From Octopus sinensis (taxonomy: Eukaryota): a stretch of 64,000 nucleotides of DNA. The notes under the pieces are model-generated. The model ran no database searches. It was not told where the DNA came from and saw only the letters and a list, made by a program, of their open reading frames with translations. Each line of letters opens with the position of its first letter. The first letter of the stretch is position 1. The position numbers and the translations under genes were made by a program. Below are positions 26,063 through 39,692 of the stretch, one piece after another. The stretch lies in assembly GCF_006345805.1 (NCBI RefSeq), contig NC_043010.1, forward strand, positions 31,930,001-31,994,000. The letters run 5' to 3'.

Positions 26063-26279
26063 TACGTTGATTCCTCTGTAGTGTTGGTTAACATTTATGA
26101 TAAAATAAATATATTCAACTTAATAAAAAAATATTCAGTATTGTTTCTACTTCGCAGATTTTCACCTATTGCAGGCTCAAAGCTTGAAATTTTGTGGGAG
26201 GAAGGTTAATCAATTAAATTGACCCAATGTTCAACTGTGCTTGTTTCATCAACCCACAAAAAAAAGTGTTGCTGCTGAT

Positions 26280-26289
26280 ACTACTACTA

Positions 26290-26372
<83 letters not shown>

Positions 26373-26834
26373 TAATAATAATAATGTACTACTAATAATA
26401 ATGTAATAATAATAATAATAATATAATGTACTACTAATAATAATGTAATAATAATAATAATAATAATGTACTACTAATAATAATGTAATAATAATAATAA
26501 TAATAATGTAATAATAAAATAATAATAATAATGTAATAATAATAATGTACTAATAATAATAATGTAATAATAATAATAATAATAATGTACTACTAATAAT
26601 AATGTAATAATAATAATAATAATAATGTAATAATAATAATGTACTAATAATAATAATGTAATAATAATAATAATAATGTACGACTAATAATAATGTAATA
26701 ATAATAATAATAATAATGTAATAATAATAATAATAATAATAATGTAATAATAATAATAATAATAATGTAATAATAATAATAATAATAATGTAATAATGAT
26801 AATAATAATAATGTAATAATAATAATGTAATAAT
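26280..26834. repeat. Compound (TAC)n/(TAA)n/(TAATG..) micro/minisatellite array
   Basis: Direct reading; higher-order units such as aataataatgtactact/aataataatgt. Confidence 0.95.
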
Positions 26835-28175
26835 AAGTATCTGGGTATTTAGGAGTGTGACAAAATCAAGGAGAGTTAGATGAAAGAAAGCTTTAGGCGA
26901 GAATACTTCAGAAGAACCAAATTAATTATGGAGAATAAACTCAATGAAAAGAACAAGATCAGGGCAGTGAATACATGGGCTGTCTCCTTAATGTGGTATG
27001 ATGCAGGTGTTGTTAGGTGGGCAAAGAATGAGCTTAAGGAAATGGATAGAAAAACCATGAAAATGATGACAATGAACAAGGAACTGCACCCCAAAAAGAG
27101 AAATTTGTAGACTGTATGTGCATAGATACAAGGTAGGAAGAGGTCTCATGGAATGCAAGATGTGTGTTGACAGTAAGTAAAACAACAGATTGAACTTTTG
27201 ATTGTTGCTGTTAGAAATAGCAACAGATTACCCAGTGAAAATGTGACACACCCCAAAAACATTTAAGAAACGAGATAGAGAACAAAAATTAAACAACTGG
27301 AAAGTGAAAGTGAAAGTGATGCATGGGCAATACCTCAGAAAAATGGAAGGGAAAGACAAGACTAACACTTCGAGGTGGCTAAGGAAAAGTGTTCTGAAAG
27401 GATACACTGAGGTATTGATATGCAATGCTCAAGAACAAGCACTGAGAAGTAATTACACCAAGTTCCAAATAGATACTCGTAAGATCAATGAATCACTCCT
27501 TTGTAGAATGTGGAGCAGCAAAAACAAAACAATTTCACATATTGTGAGTGAGTGTAGTAAACTGACCCAGAAGGAATATAAAAGGAGGTATGATAACATA
27601 GCTATGAGTAAGTTTGTTCACTGGAGACTGTGTGAGAAATATAGTCTTGAAAGAACACAGAAATGGTATGAACATGAACCAGGAGGCATTACTGAGAATA
27701 ACGAGTATAAGATCTTATGAGATTTTGCAATCCAGTGTGATTCAATGTTTTGTTGCTGTGGATAAAAAGGAAGAAGGAAACCAAGATCATAGATATTGCC
27801 ATACCTGGGAATGCACAAATTAGTGACAAAGAACTGGATAAGATTGAAAATTACAAGCTACCAAATGACGAAATTACATGAATGTGGGCCATGAACAGAG
27901 TAACTGTCTTCTCAGTGGTTGTTGGGGCACTGGGAGCATTAGCAAGCAAGTTTGAGAAATATGTTGATAAAATTGGAATTGGTATGGGAGTAGAACACAC
28001 TAAAAAAACTGCATTATGGGGGACAGCTAGGATCTTGAGATTGGCACTTGGGTATTAAGTATCATAGAAACAGACCTTGTGAGACCATTGACAAAAGGTT
28101 GCTGTCTACTCATACAGAGATAGCTGGAGCAAGGAAAATTGGGAGCTCTGAGAAGTGAAATGGAAATGATAATAA
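26835..28175 (+). mobile_element. R4/Dong-like LINE, 5-prime truncated, decayed
   Basis: Begins at KYLGI (RT), then NKIRAVNTWAVSL, ELHPK, MHGQYLR, QEQALRSNY, CRM..TISHIVSEC (CCHC), KWYEHEP..ILWDF-like REL region. Confidence 0.9.
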
Positions 28176-28481
28176 CAACAGCTCAGGGCCACAAATTTGG
28201 ATAGGGGCAACATCGGATTATATTGATTTAATACTTGACTGGTATTTTATTTTATTGAACCTAAAGGATGAAAAATAAACTTGGCTTTGGTAGGATTTGA
28301 ACTGAGACTGTAAAGAGCCAGAACATATACTGCAGAATTGTTCAATCTGAATTAGAACTCACATTTAAAACCAATTAAGAAAGAGAGATGTAAGACAAAC
28401 TGGACTCTCTAGCAGGACAATGAAATAATACTGAAAGAATTTTTGTCAATAATAGAAGCTATCCCAATGTTAATAATAATA

Positions 28482-28537
<56 letters not shown>

Positions 28538-28705
28538 ATGAATTAAATGTCTCAATGAGGAAGGTCAATGACTTACAAAAATATCAGCCCTGGGCTTAGG
28601 TAAATTGCCTCACAACAATGAACAAAGATCTCAAATCAGTTCTTGAAATTAATGAAAGAGAACAGAACTAGTTAGGATTTGTTCCTGTAGTCATTGTAGT
28701 TCCAT

Positions 28706-28789
<84 letters not shown>

Positions 28790-29451
28790 ATTCTCTGTAG
28801 AATCCCACAAAGTAATTGAAATACTCTGTTAATGATTAAATAGTTCTTTTCCTCATTTGCCCAGTGCTATACATGCAAATTGTGGAGACTGCAGAATTGA
28901 TTGTAAAGCTTTTATTAGGGAAGGTAACTTTTCCTGACAGGTGGGAGCTTTTGTTTTTTGTGTATGGCAGAAAGGTAATAATGATAATAATAATTACCCA
29001 AGACCTTCACAGACAGCTCCAAGATTGAAGTTGATGCTGTTTTTGTTCCGTTTAAATTGTTGAAGGTTATCACCTACAGGAAAGACATGGGCAAGAAGAT
29101 TCCTAGGGGATGATGTTCTAGGGAGAAAGAACTAAGAATAATGATTAGTGTCGGGGTAAAAAGAGCAGATATACCAAGAATGATAAAATGTGGAAAAAGA
29201 AGTGGGTCAAGGGGTGCCTGTATGGTGGAGGCATGAAATCAACCAACACTGAGGAACAGAGGCCATTGTAGTAGCATTAGAAAAGACAGATGTGTAATGT
29301 TGATTATTAGCTGTATGGTACCTTGAACGAGAAATTGTTTTCTGTTATAGCTATAGGTCAAGGAAAACTTTGTGAGTGATATTTCGGTAGATAGAAACTC
29401 TGTGGAAGCTTGTCAGAGGGACTGCTCCTTATATTAGGTGTTAGACTTAAC

Positions 29452-29587
29452 CTGTTGCAACAAGATCCACTTTGTTGAATCTTTTGAGTCTGGTCTACAG
29501 TCTGAAGGTAAATTCTTCCTTCCTTTCTACCAATTTTGGTGACCTTGGAACTGTACAAGAACAGTGCTTCTCTTCCTGTGACTAAAC
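29452..29587 (-). CDS. Candidate internal exon of an unidentified gene (phase 1 to 2)
   Basis: Strong acceptor ttttgtttttttttaatag, open frame (x)LVTGREALFLYSSKVTKIGRKEGRIYLQTVDQTQKIQQSGSCCN(R), donor AG|gttaag. No homology recognised. Confidence 0.35.
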
Positions 29588-30506
29588 CTATTAAAAAAAA
29601 CAAAATCTGATAATGCCTTACAGCAAACTATAAATAAATAATAAACTAATGACTAAAACTTATAAAAAAAAACTCAACAACCACATTATACATTATTAAT
29701 GCTATCTTCAGAATTAGCTTCAGTTGGTTCAGTAACTGTTTGTTTATTTTCTCCAAAAGCCAAAATATCATAATTTAGATATAACTAGTAACTATACGAG
29801 TGTAAAATATAGAAGGTTATTTAAAAGTGTTCACTAGAGAAGATTTTGGGTTGATTGGATTAAAATATTGAGTCCATTCAGTTTTGTTTTTGGTACTTGA
29901 CCCAGTGCTACAACAACAATAGCATGACTATTATTATTTTTGTTATTATTTTACTGGTTACAGCCATTAGAATTGGTCATACTGGGGCAGTGCCTTCAGG
30001 GATTTTAGTTGATTGTATTAACTCCAATACTGATTTCAGTCTGTTAGCAATTTTATTGATCTCTGTTTATCAGATGGTTATGTTACTTTTTGATGTAAAG
30101 TGACACCACTCTAGACACAGGTATACACTTTAAACCTACTCAGTTGTATAGTGCATGTGCATACATGCATGCATGTGTGTGTGTATGTATGTTCATCTAA
30201 CCAAATCTAGCATGGGAAAATAGATGTGAAATGACATATATATATTTATGCAGCAGGTATCACGCTGTAGAAAAGTGCTATATAATGGGATCAAACATAA
30301 TCTGTGTTATTGCAAAGCAAAATTTGTTACTACTAATTGCAATGACTAATCCATAACAGGTGATACTCACAAAGCATTACAGGTATGGTCTTAAATACGA
30401 AGGAACTCAGAGTTTCTCACCATGTCTTTCCATCTAATACTCAAGGCATTTGATATTAGAGACTTTTTTAGAATTACATCTGTAGTCCATATTTCACTAT
30501 AATATA

Positions 30507-31072
30507 TTAGGTCATCCCATAAGTTCTGTCTGATTTTACCCTTTTTAAAATTGAATGAAATTTAATGGTATTTTAGAATGTCTTATGGAATTAAAAATTA
30601 TTTTTATGCATTTGCATACATTTAAACTAATTAAATATTATTTCACAGAATTAAAGAATTAAAATTTCTTTGATTAAAACCCCTTCTTAACATGGAAGTA
30701 TTCAAAGAGCATTTGAGGCACATAGTGCTTTATGAGTACAAAAAAGGAAACTCTGCAGCCAAAGCGACTCAAAACATATACTCAGTTTATGGGAAAGAAT
30801 ACTTGAATGAAAAAACCTGCAGAAGATGGTTTGCAAAATTCAGAAGTGGAGATTTCAACCTTGAAGATGAAGATCAAACAGGATGTCCAGTTGAGTTTCA
30901 TGATAAGCTCCTTGAGGCATTACTTGAAGAAAACCCTGCATTATCAGCTGAAGAATTGGCAATAAAGCTTAGTTCAAACCATACAACTGTTCATTGTCAT
31001 CTTCAACAACTTAGAAAGGTTCCTAAACTTGGAAAATGGGTGCCTCATGAATTGTCCAAAAGCAATCGCAAA
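30507..31072 (+). mobile_element. Mariner 5-prime half (TIR plus HTH region), truncated
   Basis: TA-TTAGGTCATCCCATAAGTTCTG TIR; ORF MEVFKEHLRHIVLYEYKKG...RRWFAKFRSGDFNLED...GKWVPHEL. Confidence 0.9.
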
Positions 31073-31074
31073 TC

Positions 31075-32340
31075 TCCATTCTTGCAATGTCTCTCCACAG
31101 AAATCAGTCACCTCACTACCCATGTGACATGGGACATGGCCATTCAACTCTTGAAAGTCTAAGGCCGGCCTGATCTTACCCTTCATTGGCTGCACCACTG
31201 CCATTAGTGGCAGCACTCTGCTCTTCACTTCCTCCTTGCACAGGATTAGGATACCCTCCTTGATTCATCTATCTACCTCTCCTTCAAACTCACTCCTGCA
31301 ATCTCCTTTCAAGGTATACTGATAACAGCTTAGCCTGTTCTCAACGTTGAGGGCTCCCCTTTCCAGCACCACTCAAACATCCACTGTTGACCATTGAACA
31401 CTGCCTGAAAATTTTTATCTTCAATGGTACCCATGCTAGCATGGAAAGCGGACGTTAAACGATGATGATGATGATGATGATGGTGTGGACAGTACAATCC
31501 TCCCTAGGGTTCTACCCACTCTCTTGTTGCATACGCACAGCACATGATGCCCCTGCATCACCAAATGAAACTGTGTCTCCACTAATAATGACGCCTCCTA
31601 GGTGGTTGATTGCATCCATGCCTATCACCACATCAATTCCATCTACCACATGGTCAATCACAATTACCCGCAGTCTTAGTGTTGTGGTGCCCCACACTGT
31701 CATCTCTACTTTACTGCTACCTTTACATCTAATTTCGTTGCCATTGACTGCCTGAACATTAGTTGTCCCCTTCCACTTTTTTGTCACCCTTGGGATCATG
31801 AGAGACGTTGTACAGTCCATATCCATGAGGGCTTTGAATGCCTTTCCTCCAGCTTGGACTTCAACTTTAGGCAGTAACTGCATGAGAGCCTCTATTTGCT
31901 CATGGGGAAAGTTTGAGAGGCAGCAACTTCCTCATGATCTTTTCCCTGGCTGTTCTGCTTGTACTAGTAGCATATGGGTTTGGGCTTCGTCTCTGCACAC
32001 TCCCTTGCCATGTGAAGTCCCTGGCACTTGAAACACTAGCCCATAAACGGTTGCTGCCTCTCCTTGCAGCTTTTCTCTCCTCATTCTTCGCCGATTGTCA
32101 CATGATGCTGTGGGTTTCCACAGCTGCCATTGCCACTACATTTGGGTGTTGACATATGGGCTTGAGTAATGAATTTGCTCATCACCATCTTCTCACTGTC
32201 CAGCAGTTGTTGCAGCCACACCGATATGTCATCAGGGAATCCTTTTCCAAAAGTCAACCATGCTGTCTTTTCTAGTCCCTCTCCAGTAAAACCAGATAGC
32301 ATGACCAGCCTCAAAGTTTCTGCTGCATACACATCCACCT
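31075..32340 (-). mobile_element. Gypsy-type gag-protease-RT start fragment, decayed
   Basis: Zinc knuckle CFKCQGLHMAREC, protease-like KALMDMDC...IDVVIGMDAI, RT start PLMAVVQPMKGKIRPALDFQELN. Confidence 0.8.
31429..31479 (+). mobile_element. Ultra-truncated RTE-tail insertion (51 bp) with ATGGT duplication
   Basis: acccatgctagcatggaaagcggacgttaaac(gat)n flanked by ATGGT at 31424-31428 and 31480-31484. Confidence 0.8.
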
Positions 32341-32349
32341 GTTCTCCTT

Positions 32350-33900
32350 AATCATCACAATAGCTGCATTACTGATTCCCTTTGTAATCTCAGTTTTTTA
32401 AAATAAGTTGTAATTGAGCCTAGATATCTGAAGTTGTCTACTACTTTCACTGTGGAGCCATTAATGGAAAAGGAAGGAAAGATGTAGTGCATCATAAGTC
32501 ATAATCTCAGTTCTCTTTATGCTTACAATGAGGGCAAACTCAGTGCATGTATGTGGTTAATGAGAGCTGAATCCTCTTCAAAAAGCATTTATCTGAGAAG
32601 AGTATGAGTTATTTTAGACACATTGGATGTCTTGCAAACAACTTGCACATGCAAGTCAAGTGCTACCAGTCAAAAACTCTGCATACCGGAAGCTAGCAAG
32701 TGTATGGGGTCATCACGAGATAATGCACACCGTTTTGGGGGCCTACCTCTCAACGGCATCAATGCACACTGGCCCCACCTCACTGATATGAGGCCCGCTT
32801 GCTAGATCAGCTGGTTATCAAATAAAGCTCAATATTCTACTAGCCATTGCTCATCGTCCCTTTTTAACCAAATCCAGTGGCTAGCCTTCTCCACTGTAGT
32901 TTGGATATATCTGAGAAGAGTATGAGTTGTTTTAGTCTTGGGATACAAACAGGATAAGTTTACAACTTACCATCATGTCATCATGTAAGGAGAGATGAAA
33001 AAACAGTTGAAGCAAGCATGTTGCCTCACTTGACTCTACTAAGGATCAGAAAAAATTTTTGGTTGAGTCACTGTGAATAGCTAACGTTGCCCTTCAGACA
33101 ACTGTGTGATGATCAGATTATGTTAAACAAGTTTGATGGACAACCTGATCTGTGTAGTAGCTGGAAAAGTCCATTGCAATTGATGCTACCCCTTGCATTT
33201 AGAGTAGTCTCTCAGGAAATATCTTCTTAGTAGACCATTGATCTGATGAATTTCTATACTGTGTAATTGCAATCAACTATCACCTGTAATTTAGTGAGAA
33301 AACCTGAACGGATACCCTGCAGACAATATGGATAAGGGATATTCCATAATGACTTTTATGATCACTGTAGTCATATAGTCATGATTACTCGTGAATAGGG
33401 TGAAAATCTTTGCATCTCTCACTTTGCCCACCTTTCTAGCAGAGACAGAAGAGGTGCAGTCTAGAGATGTAAGTTTGGTGGCAGTGTGGTTGCAGGAGTT
33501 GCTGTAAAATCTACCAAATAGTCATATCTTATCATCTCTGGAGTTCCATTCTGATATTTCTATTAGGTTTTGTTTCCCGTAGCTTCATGTTGTCTTTAGC
33601 ATTCACATAACAATGAGACAGGCTGTTCAACCTATAGCTGGGCATCTGCTGATGAGCAGTAAAGTGTGATCACAAACTGGTGGCTTATACGCTATATCTC
33701 TGGAAGAAGTCTACCATTGAGTTATTGGTAGTGTTAGCCTGAAATTTTACAGCCTTGAATGATTGTGAGTCATCACGATAAGATACTGTCAAAAATTTGC
33801 TTCTGAAGAAATTGTGTAATAGGAAGCTCTCTATTTTGCATTTCTGTATGTCAGAAGTGAAAGCTAGAAGTAAGAGGATGATTAGCATCTAACCAACCTC
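32350..33900 (-). mobile_element. RTE/BovB-like LINE remnant
   Basis: PSFSINGSTVKVVDNFRYLGSI (late RT motif) at ~32420-32490; decayed endonuclease-like sequence at higher coordinates. Confidence 0.5.
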
Positions 33901-34026
33901 ACTGACACGTTAGATACATAACAGTAACTAAGTATTACATGTGCCCACACACAAACACACATGTATGTATGCATGTGTATACTTTTATGTTTATGTATTT
34001 ATGAATATATCATATGTGTATATATA

Positions 34027-34176
<150 letters not shown>

Positions 34177-34274
34177 CATATATACATATACATATATATA
34201 TGCATGTGTGTATATATATGTATGCATATATTTATATATGTGTATACACATACTCATAAATATGCACACACACA

Positions 34275-34309
<35 letters not shown>

Positions 34310-34959
34310 ATGCAAGCATGCACGTGCATGATATATATCCTGAAAACCAGCCATTAACAGGTCTTTGCAGTTCCACAATCCCATTGTTACAGTGCCCATA
34401 CACAGTTATGGTTAGAATTTTCATTATCATTTAAATTGAACAAAAGTATGTAACCACTTCCTGCCCCCTCCCTGCTCCCTGATTTTCTCACTTACCAAAT
34501 ATAATCAATAGTAATGAATAACAAATGGCTTGACATCAAAAGTAAAATAATCACAACATTCTCCTTATTTATTATTCTATAAACCGCATTACCATTTCTG
34601 AAAATATAAAGTTGCAATTTTTGGTTGCGTGCTTTGTTAGGGCAGTCCAAGTAAGAAAAGACAAGACCCCTTCTCTAGAAAAGAGAAGAAAAATGTAAAA
34701 AAATACAAAAATAACTAAAGCAAAATATACGATAAAGAATAGAATCTAAAGCTAGAACGAGAAGGGAATGTTTGTTCTGTGAATTAAATAAAGATTTTTT
34801 GCAGTGATATGGATGAGAAAAATTTTAATAATTCTGTTGCAACAACTATAGTTGAAGTTTATATTAGTGTCCTTTGAAGAAAATGGTTTTTATCAGTTAT
34901 TTCAGACTTAATTCTGTTACTATGGTTTGAAATGGTAGCTTACACATACCTACATATAT

Positions 34960-34984
<25 letters not shown>

Positions 34985-35000
<16 letters not shown>

Positions 35001-35600
35001 CTCTTATTCTTTTGCTTGTTTCAGTCATTTGACTGCAGCCATGCTGGGGCACTGCCTTGAAGAATTTTAATTGAACAAATCAACTCCAGGACTTATTTTT
35101 TTGAAGCCTAGTACTTATTCTATCAATATATTTTGCTGAACCACTAAGTTATAGGTACATAAGCACACAGACACTAGTTGTGAAGTGGTGATGGAGGGAC
35201 AAACACATACACAAAGACACACACACATAGATATATACATATACACATATATATAACGGGCTTCTTTCAGTTTCTGTCTACCAAATCCACTCACAAGGCT
35301 TTGGTTGGCCTGAGGCTATAGTGGACGACACTTGCCCTGGGTGCCATGCAGTCGGACTAAACCCAGAACCATGTGGTTGAGAAGTAAACCTCTTACCACA
35401 CTGTTACATCTATGCCTGTAAATATTAACTTTTTACTTCAGTCATTGGACTGTGACCATGCTGGGGCACAACCTTGAAAGTTTTAGTGCTTCTGTGTTGG
35501 TGATTTGCTAAGTTAAAGAGACATAAACAAGCCTACACAGGTTATTAAACCAGGAGGGACAAAAACACAGACATGTAAAAACACATGCACACACATAAAC
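34985..35600 (-). mobile_element. SINE family A, full copy plus an extra tail fragment
   Basis: Same head and tail motifs as 8555-8938; second tail fragment from 35430. Confidence 0.85.
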
Positions 35601-35882
35601 ATGTATATATGATTACTTTGTAACTTCTGTTGATTAAATATGGTAATAATAATTCTTTATATGTCTGTCTGTCTGTCTGTCTATCCATCTATCCATCTAT
35701 CTATACACACACGCACATACATATTTATGTACTGACTCCTTCTTGCAATCCTTAACCTCACATCTCTGAGCATAAAACTGCCTCCGTCTCTATTGTAGCT
35801 CTGTTCATTTAAAGGGGATCTTAGTCTTGTGAACTGCATTGGGACCTCACTGATATTGCTGTCACACACACACTCACTCACT

Positions 35883-35960
<78 letters not shown>

Positions 35961-36288
35961 TACACTCTGTAAAGAGGTTGGCATTACGAACAGTATCCAG
36001 CCATAGAAACCATGTCAAAGTAGACACTCAAGAGTTACACAATCTTCATACTTGTCAGAACCTGTCAAACCATCCAACCCATGCTATCATGGAAGGCAGA
36101 TGTTGAATGGTAATGGTAATGCAGATGATATCTCTTTTGTGGTTGCATATCCTTAATATTTCTAGCTACTTCACTGTGTGAACTGGGTTCAATTTACCAT
36201 GCCACTAGAACTAGTGAGTTTGCCAGAACTAGTGATTGAGACAAGATCAATGGGAGAAAACTAGAATGATAAGAATGCGAGGGTGATG

Positions 36289-36353
<65 letters not shown>

Positions 36354-36469
36354 CAGATAGGTAGGTAGGTAGGTGGGTGGGCAGGTGGGCGGGTGGGCAG
36401 GCAGGCAGGTAGGCAGAGTGAGAGAGAGAGAGAAAAATTGATGGCTAGCAATAAATAAGGAGTGGTGGT

Positions 36470-37480
36470 AGGCAGGGATGACTTTCTCTGCCCCAGACAT
36501 CATCACTGCAATAAATGAAACCAAGTATTTTTCTGCAGTAGGCCCTGATAGATTCACCACTAGAGTCCTGAAGAAGAGCAGGCTCTGAATTGCAACTCTT
36601 CTAACCAGCCTCTGGAGAAAGTCTTTAGACTCTGATCTTTAGAATCAAACTACATACTAAAGCATGTCTTTCTCAAAAACATCAGAGAAGACCAAATAAA
36701 ACTTGTATGAGCTGCATGCTGTGAGTCAGTGGGTGGACAAAAACAACATGCTGTTAAATGAGTAAAGATTTGAACTCAGGCACTTCAGAAAAGAGAATGC
36801 ACTCTAACAACCATATTCTCTTCCTTCAGAGACTTAACAATAATATCAGAGACTTAACAAGAATCTCACATCCACAATAAAGTTGATATGGCTCACAGGA
36901 CAAGTTCTTGGATCTTCAGAGGGCCAGATGTCATCATTCCCTTTTTCTTCCCCTTTGTATGGCCACACCCAGAATACTGCTGCCTCCTGTGGTTACCTTG
37001 TATCAAACAAAATATGATAATTGAGTCAACCCAGAGAGCAATCACTAAAAAATTAAAAGGCATAACTAATCTTGATTATTGGAACCAAATTAAAACTGTG
37101 ACACTTTATTCTCTCCAGCACCATCAGTACTATATTCTCGATGGTGTGGAGATTATTGCACTGCATTGCCCAAAAACCCTTAACATCAAGTTCAGAATTC
37201 ATACAAGGCTGGGATCCTGTGCAATGTTCCCCTACACAATTCAGCTACTCAACATGTAAATACACTGCAGCACAATTACTTTTGTACAATAGGCTCTACT
37301 CTATTTAACATCATCCCAAAACAAGTTGAAGGGGAAAAAGATCCCATCTCTTTCAAATGACATCGAGACAAATTTCTTTGAGGAATACCAGACAAATCAC
37401 TTAGAACTGGATACATCTCAGTCAATAATTACTCCCTACTTGAATGGGGAATGAGACCACACAACTTGACTTAACAAATC
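36470..37480 (+). mobile_element. CR1/L2-like LINE RT and 3-prime remnant with internal deletions
   Basis: SAVGPDRF..VLKK, WPHPEYCCLLW, IESTQRAITKKLKGITNLDYWNQIKTVTLYSLQ. Confidence 0.7.
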
Positions 37481-37585
37481 CTATCAGGGTGTGCTTTTAT
37501 GTTAGACATGGCCTGGGCCAATTCATGGCTGAAACATACCTAAATTTAAGTTTGAATTGAAATATATACATGTGTGTGAATGTTT

Positions 37586-37634
<49 letters not shown>

Positions 37635-37765
37635 CGTGCTTACATACATGTATAACTATATGTGTATATTTATATATATTTCATATAAATATAAATGAAT
37701 ATATACTTATCTGTCCATCTGTCTGTCTATATGTATATTTATACATATTTATATATATGTATATT

Positions 37766-37809
<44 letters not shown>

Positions 37810-37971
37810 CGTATGTATTTTTATTCATATTTCTATATATGTATATCTATGTATGTATATATATATGTATGTATATTTATACAGATTTATGTATGTGTAT
37901 TTGTATGTATATTTATATATATATGTGTGTGTGTGTGTTTGTGTATGCATATACACATGTGTCTGTCTGTG

Positions 37972-38002
<31 letters not shown>

Positions 38003-39387
38003 ACTTGCATGCCTATAAGTAGATTAAATATCTAAATGTCTGAGATAAGTTATTGTTAATACAATTATAATTATTCAGACTATTAACTTCCATCTTTAGA
38101 GATAAAACAGTTTTCATATATTTACATCTCCATTAAGTCTCCGTTGGTTTGAAGCTGGTGTAATGTTGTCTCAAACATCACTCCATTGATGTATGAACAT
38201 TTAGTGCTTACTGTTTGTGGTTTTATTCACTCTCTCTCACAGTAAAGGCAAACATAGCTTACCCTTGTGAGGGGCTTTTCACAAGGTACTCTATGTGGGT
38301 ACTACTTTACTCATTGTGGTTCTATTTTAGTTAAGGACATTTCAATCTTTATCACTGTATTATTTTACTTTTCTCACTAAAGATTTTCAGCTCAACTTCA
38401 CTTATATGTATCATTTACCGTTAAGAATTGTTGGTGATCCTTTATTCTGATTCTTAGAAGGCCTCTCTATCTCCTCTATAAGATCTGAAAATGAAGATGG
38501 CTGTTATAGCTGTTATAGTTCTTATGTTTTGGCCATTCCTGTGTGGGTTAGTTGTACTAGTTCTTCTCTGGTGTTGATGATAAGAAGGGAGATTTGGGAT
38601 TTGATAGGTGTTACTTGTAACTATGTTGCTGTGGAGCCATGTTTCCTGGTGGAAGTGTTTATATTGCAGTGTCTGGATGGAGATAAAAAGATGCAAAGGT
38701 GATGTCATCTGTGCATGGGACTGTCTGCATATTTTGTAGAAGTGTGAAAAATCAAGTTGGTGTTAACTGAAAAGAGTGACAGGACAGATCCCTATGGTAC
38801 CCCATATGGGAAACTGCTGGTTCTACATGTGTTGTTCTCATAATTAGAGAGGAGGATGTGTAGGCTGGGTGAGTGATGTCAAGCCTTAGCTTTGTTAGAA
38901 TTTAGGAGAGTGATGGATCTGTATGATGTTACATCACTTCTAGTCTTTTTACACTTTAGAATTGTTCTAATTCGGCCCAGTTTCAAGATTCTGAGATTTT
39001 AACAGTTTTTATACAAGTAGTTGTAAAAATTGTCAGTGCAATGTTTCCCTTACATCTTAGGTGTTTTAGGTGTTTATAATTTTGTCTGACTTTGAGGTTT
39101 TTGACTTTTCTATTGTTGTTGAAAGTGTGTGGTAGAAAGGTAAAGGTGAAGATTGTAGGCCAGGTGGAAGGTGTGTATTTTCAGTTTTATATTCATGTCT
39201 TATTTGTGAGGTTTAGAGTAGATTATTTTTGAGAAATACTGCCCAGAGGATTTGCTTAGTGTTGTGATGTGGCTATTTTATCTGATGCTGTTATTGTGAC
39301 ATGGGGTGTTGTTGATAATTACTCTATATTGTATTATTTATATACACCCTATATATATATAGGGTGTATATATATATATATATATAT

Positions 39388-39593
39388 ACAAAATGTGACC
39401 TTGTGTGTACCGTTGGCGATTTTTTTCCTCTGTCTTCTCTTCTCTGGATCTTTCCTTCTCCTATGTTTCCGATGAAGAGCTCCGCTTGAAACGTTAAACC
39501 CTCCTTCTTTCCTTCTTTCCTGAGCGTCCAATAATACTATATTTGTTCCACGTCCTCGCGTTGTGTTTTTTTTGTGCTTTCTTGTTTGGATTA

Positions 39594-39600
<7 letters not shown>
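39388..39600 (+). mobile_element. PLE terminal-repeat remnant embedded in (AT)n
   Basis: Shared with 48001-48200 (minus), 45095-45230, 11990-12100 (minus) and 22180-22290; contains a hammerhead motif. Confidence 0.75.
39465..39499 (+). ncRNA. Minimal type I hammerhead-like motif, variant core
   Basis: GUUU-CCGAUGA-A-GAGC(UCC)GCUU-GAAA-C-GUU-AAAC; stems I and II and the ACGU palindrome are intact, with U4 replaced by C. Confidence 0.65.

Positions 39601-39692
<92 letters not shown>

Noticed and set aside
28577-28641. 65-nt segment with strong acceptor and GTAAGT donor on the minus strand
   Set aside because: Stops in all three frames; at best a non-coding exon, and such signals occur by chance.
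29358-29451. Read-through extension of the 29.5 kb ORF to its stop
   Set aside because: The distal part is a decayed SINE family A core (ttgtgagtgatatttcggtagatagaaact), so it is not native coding sequence.
35745-35862. Open frame NISEVPMQFTRLRSPLNEQSYNRDGGSFMLRDV after (TG)n-ag on the minus strand
   Set aside because: Weak acceptor, phase incompatible with neighbouring candidates, and no recognisable homology.
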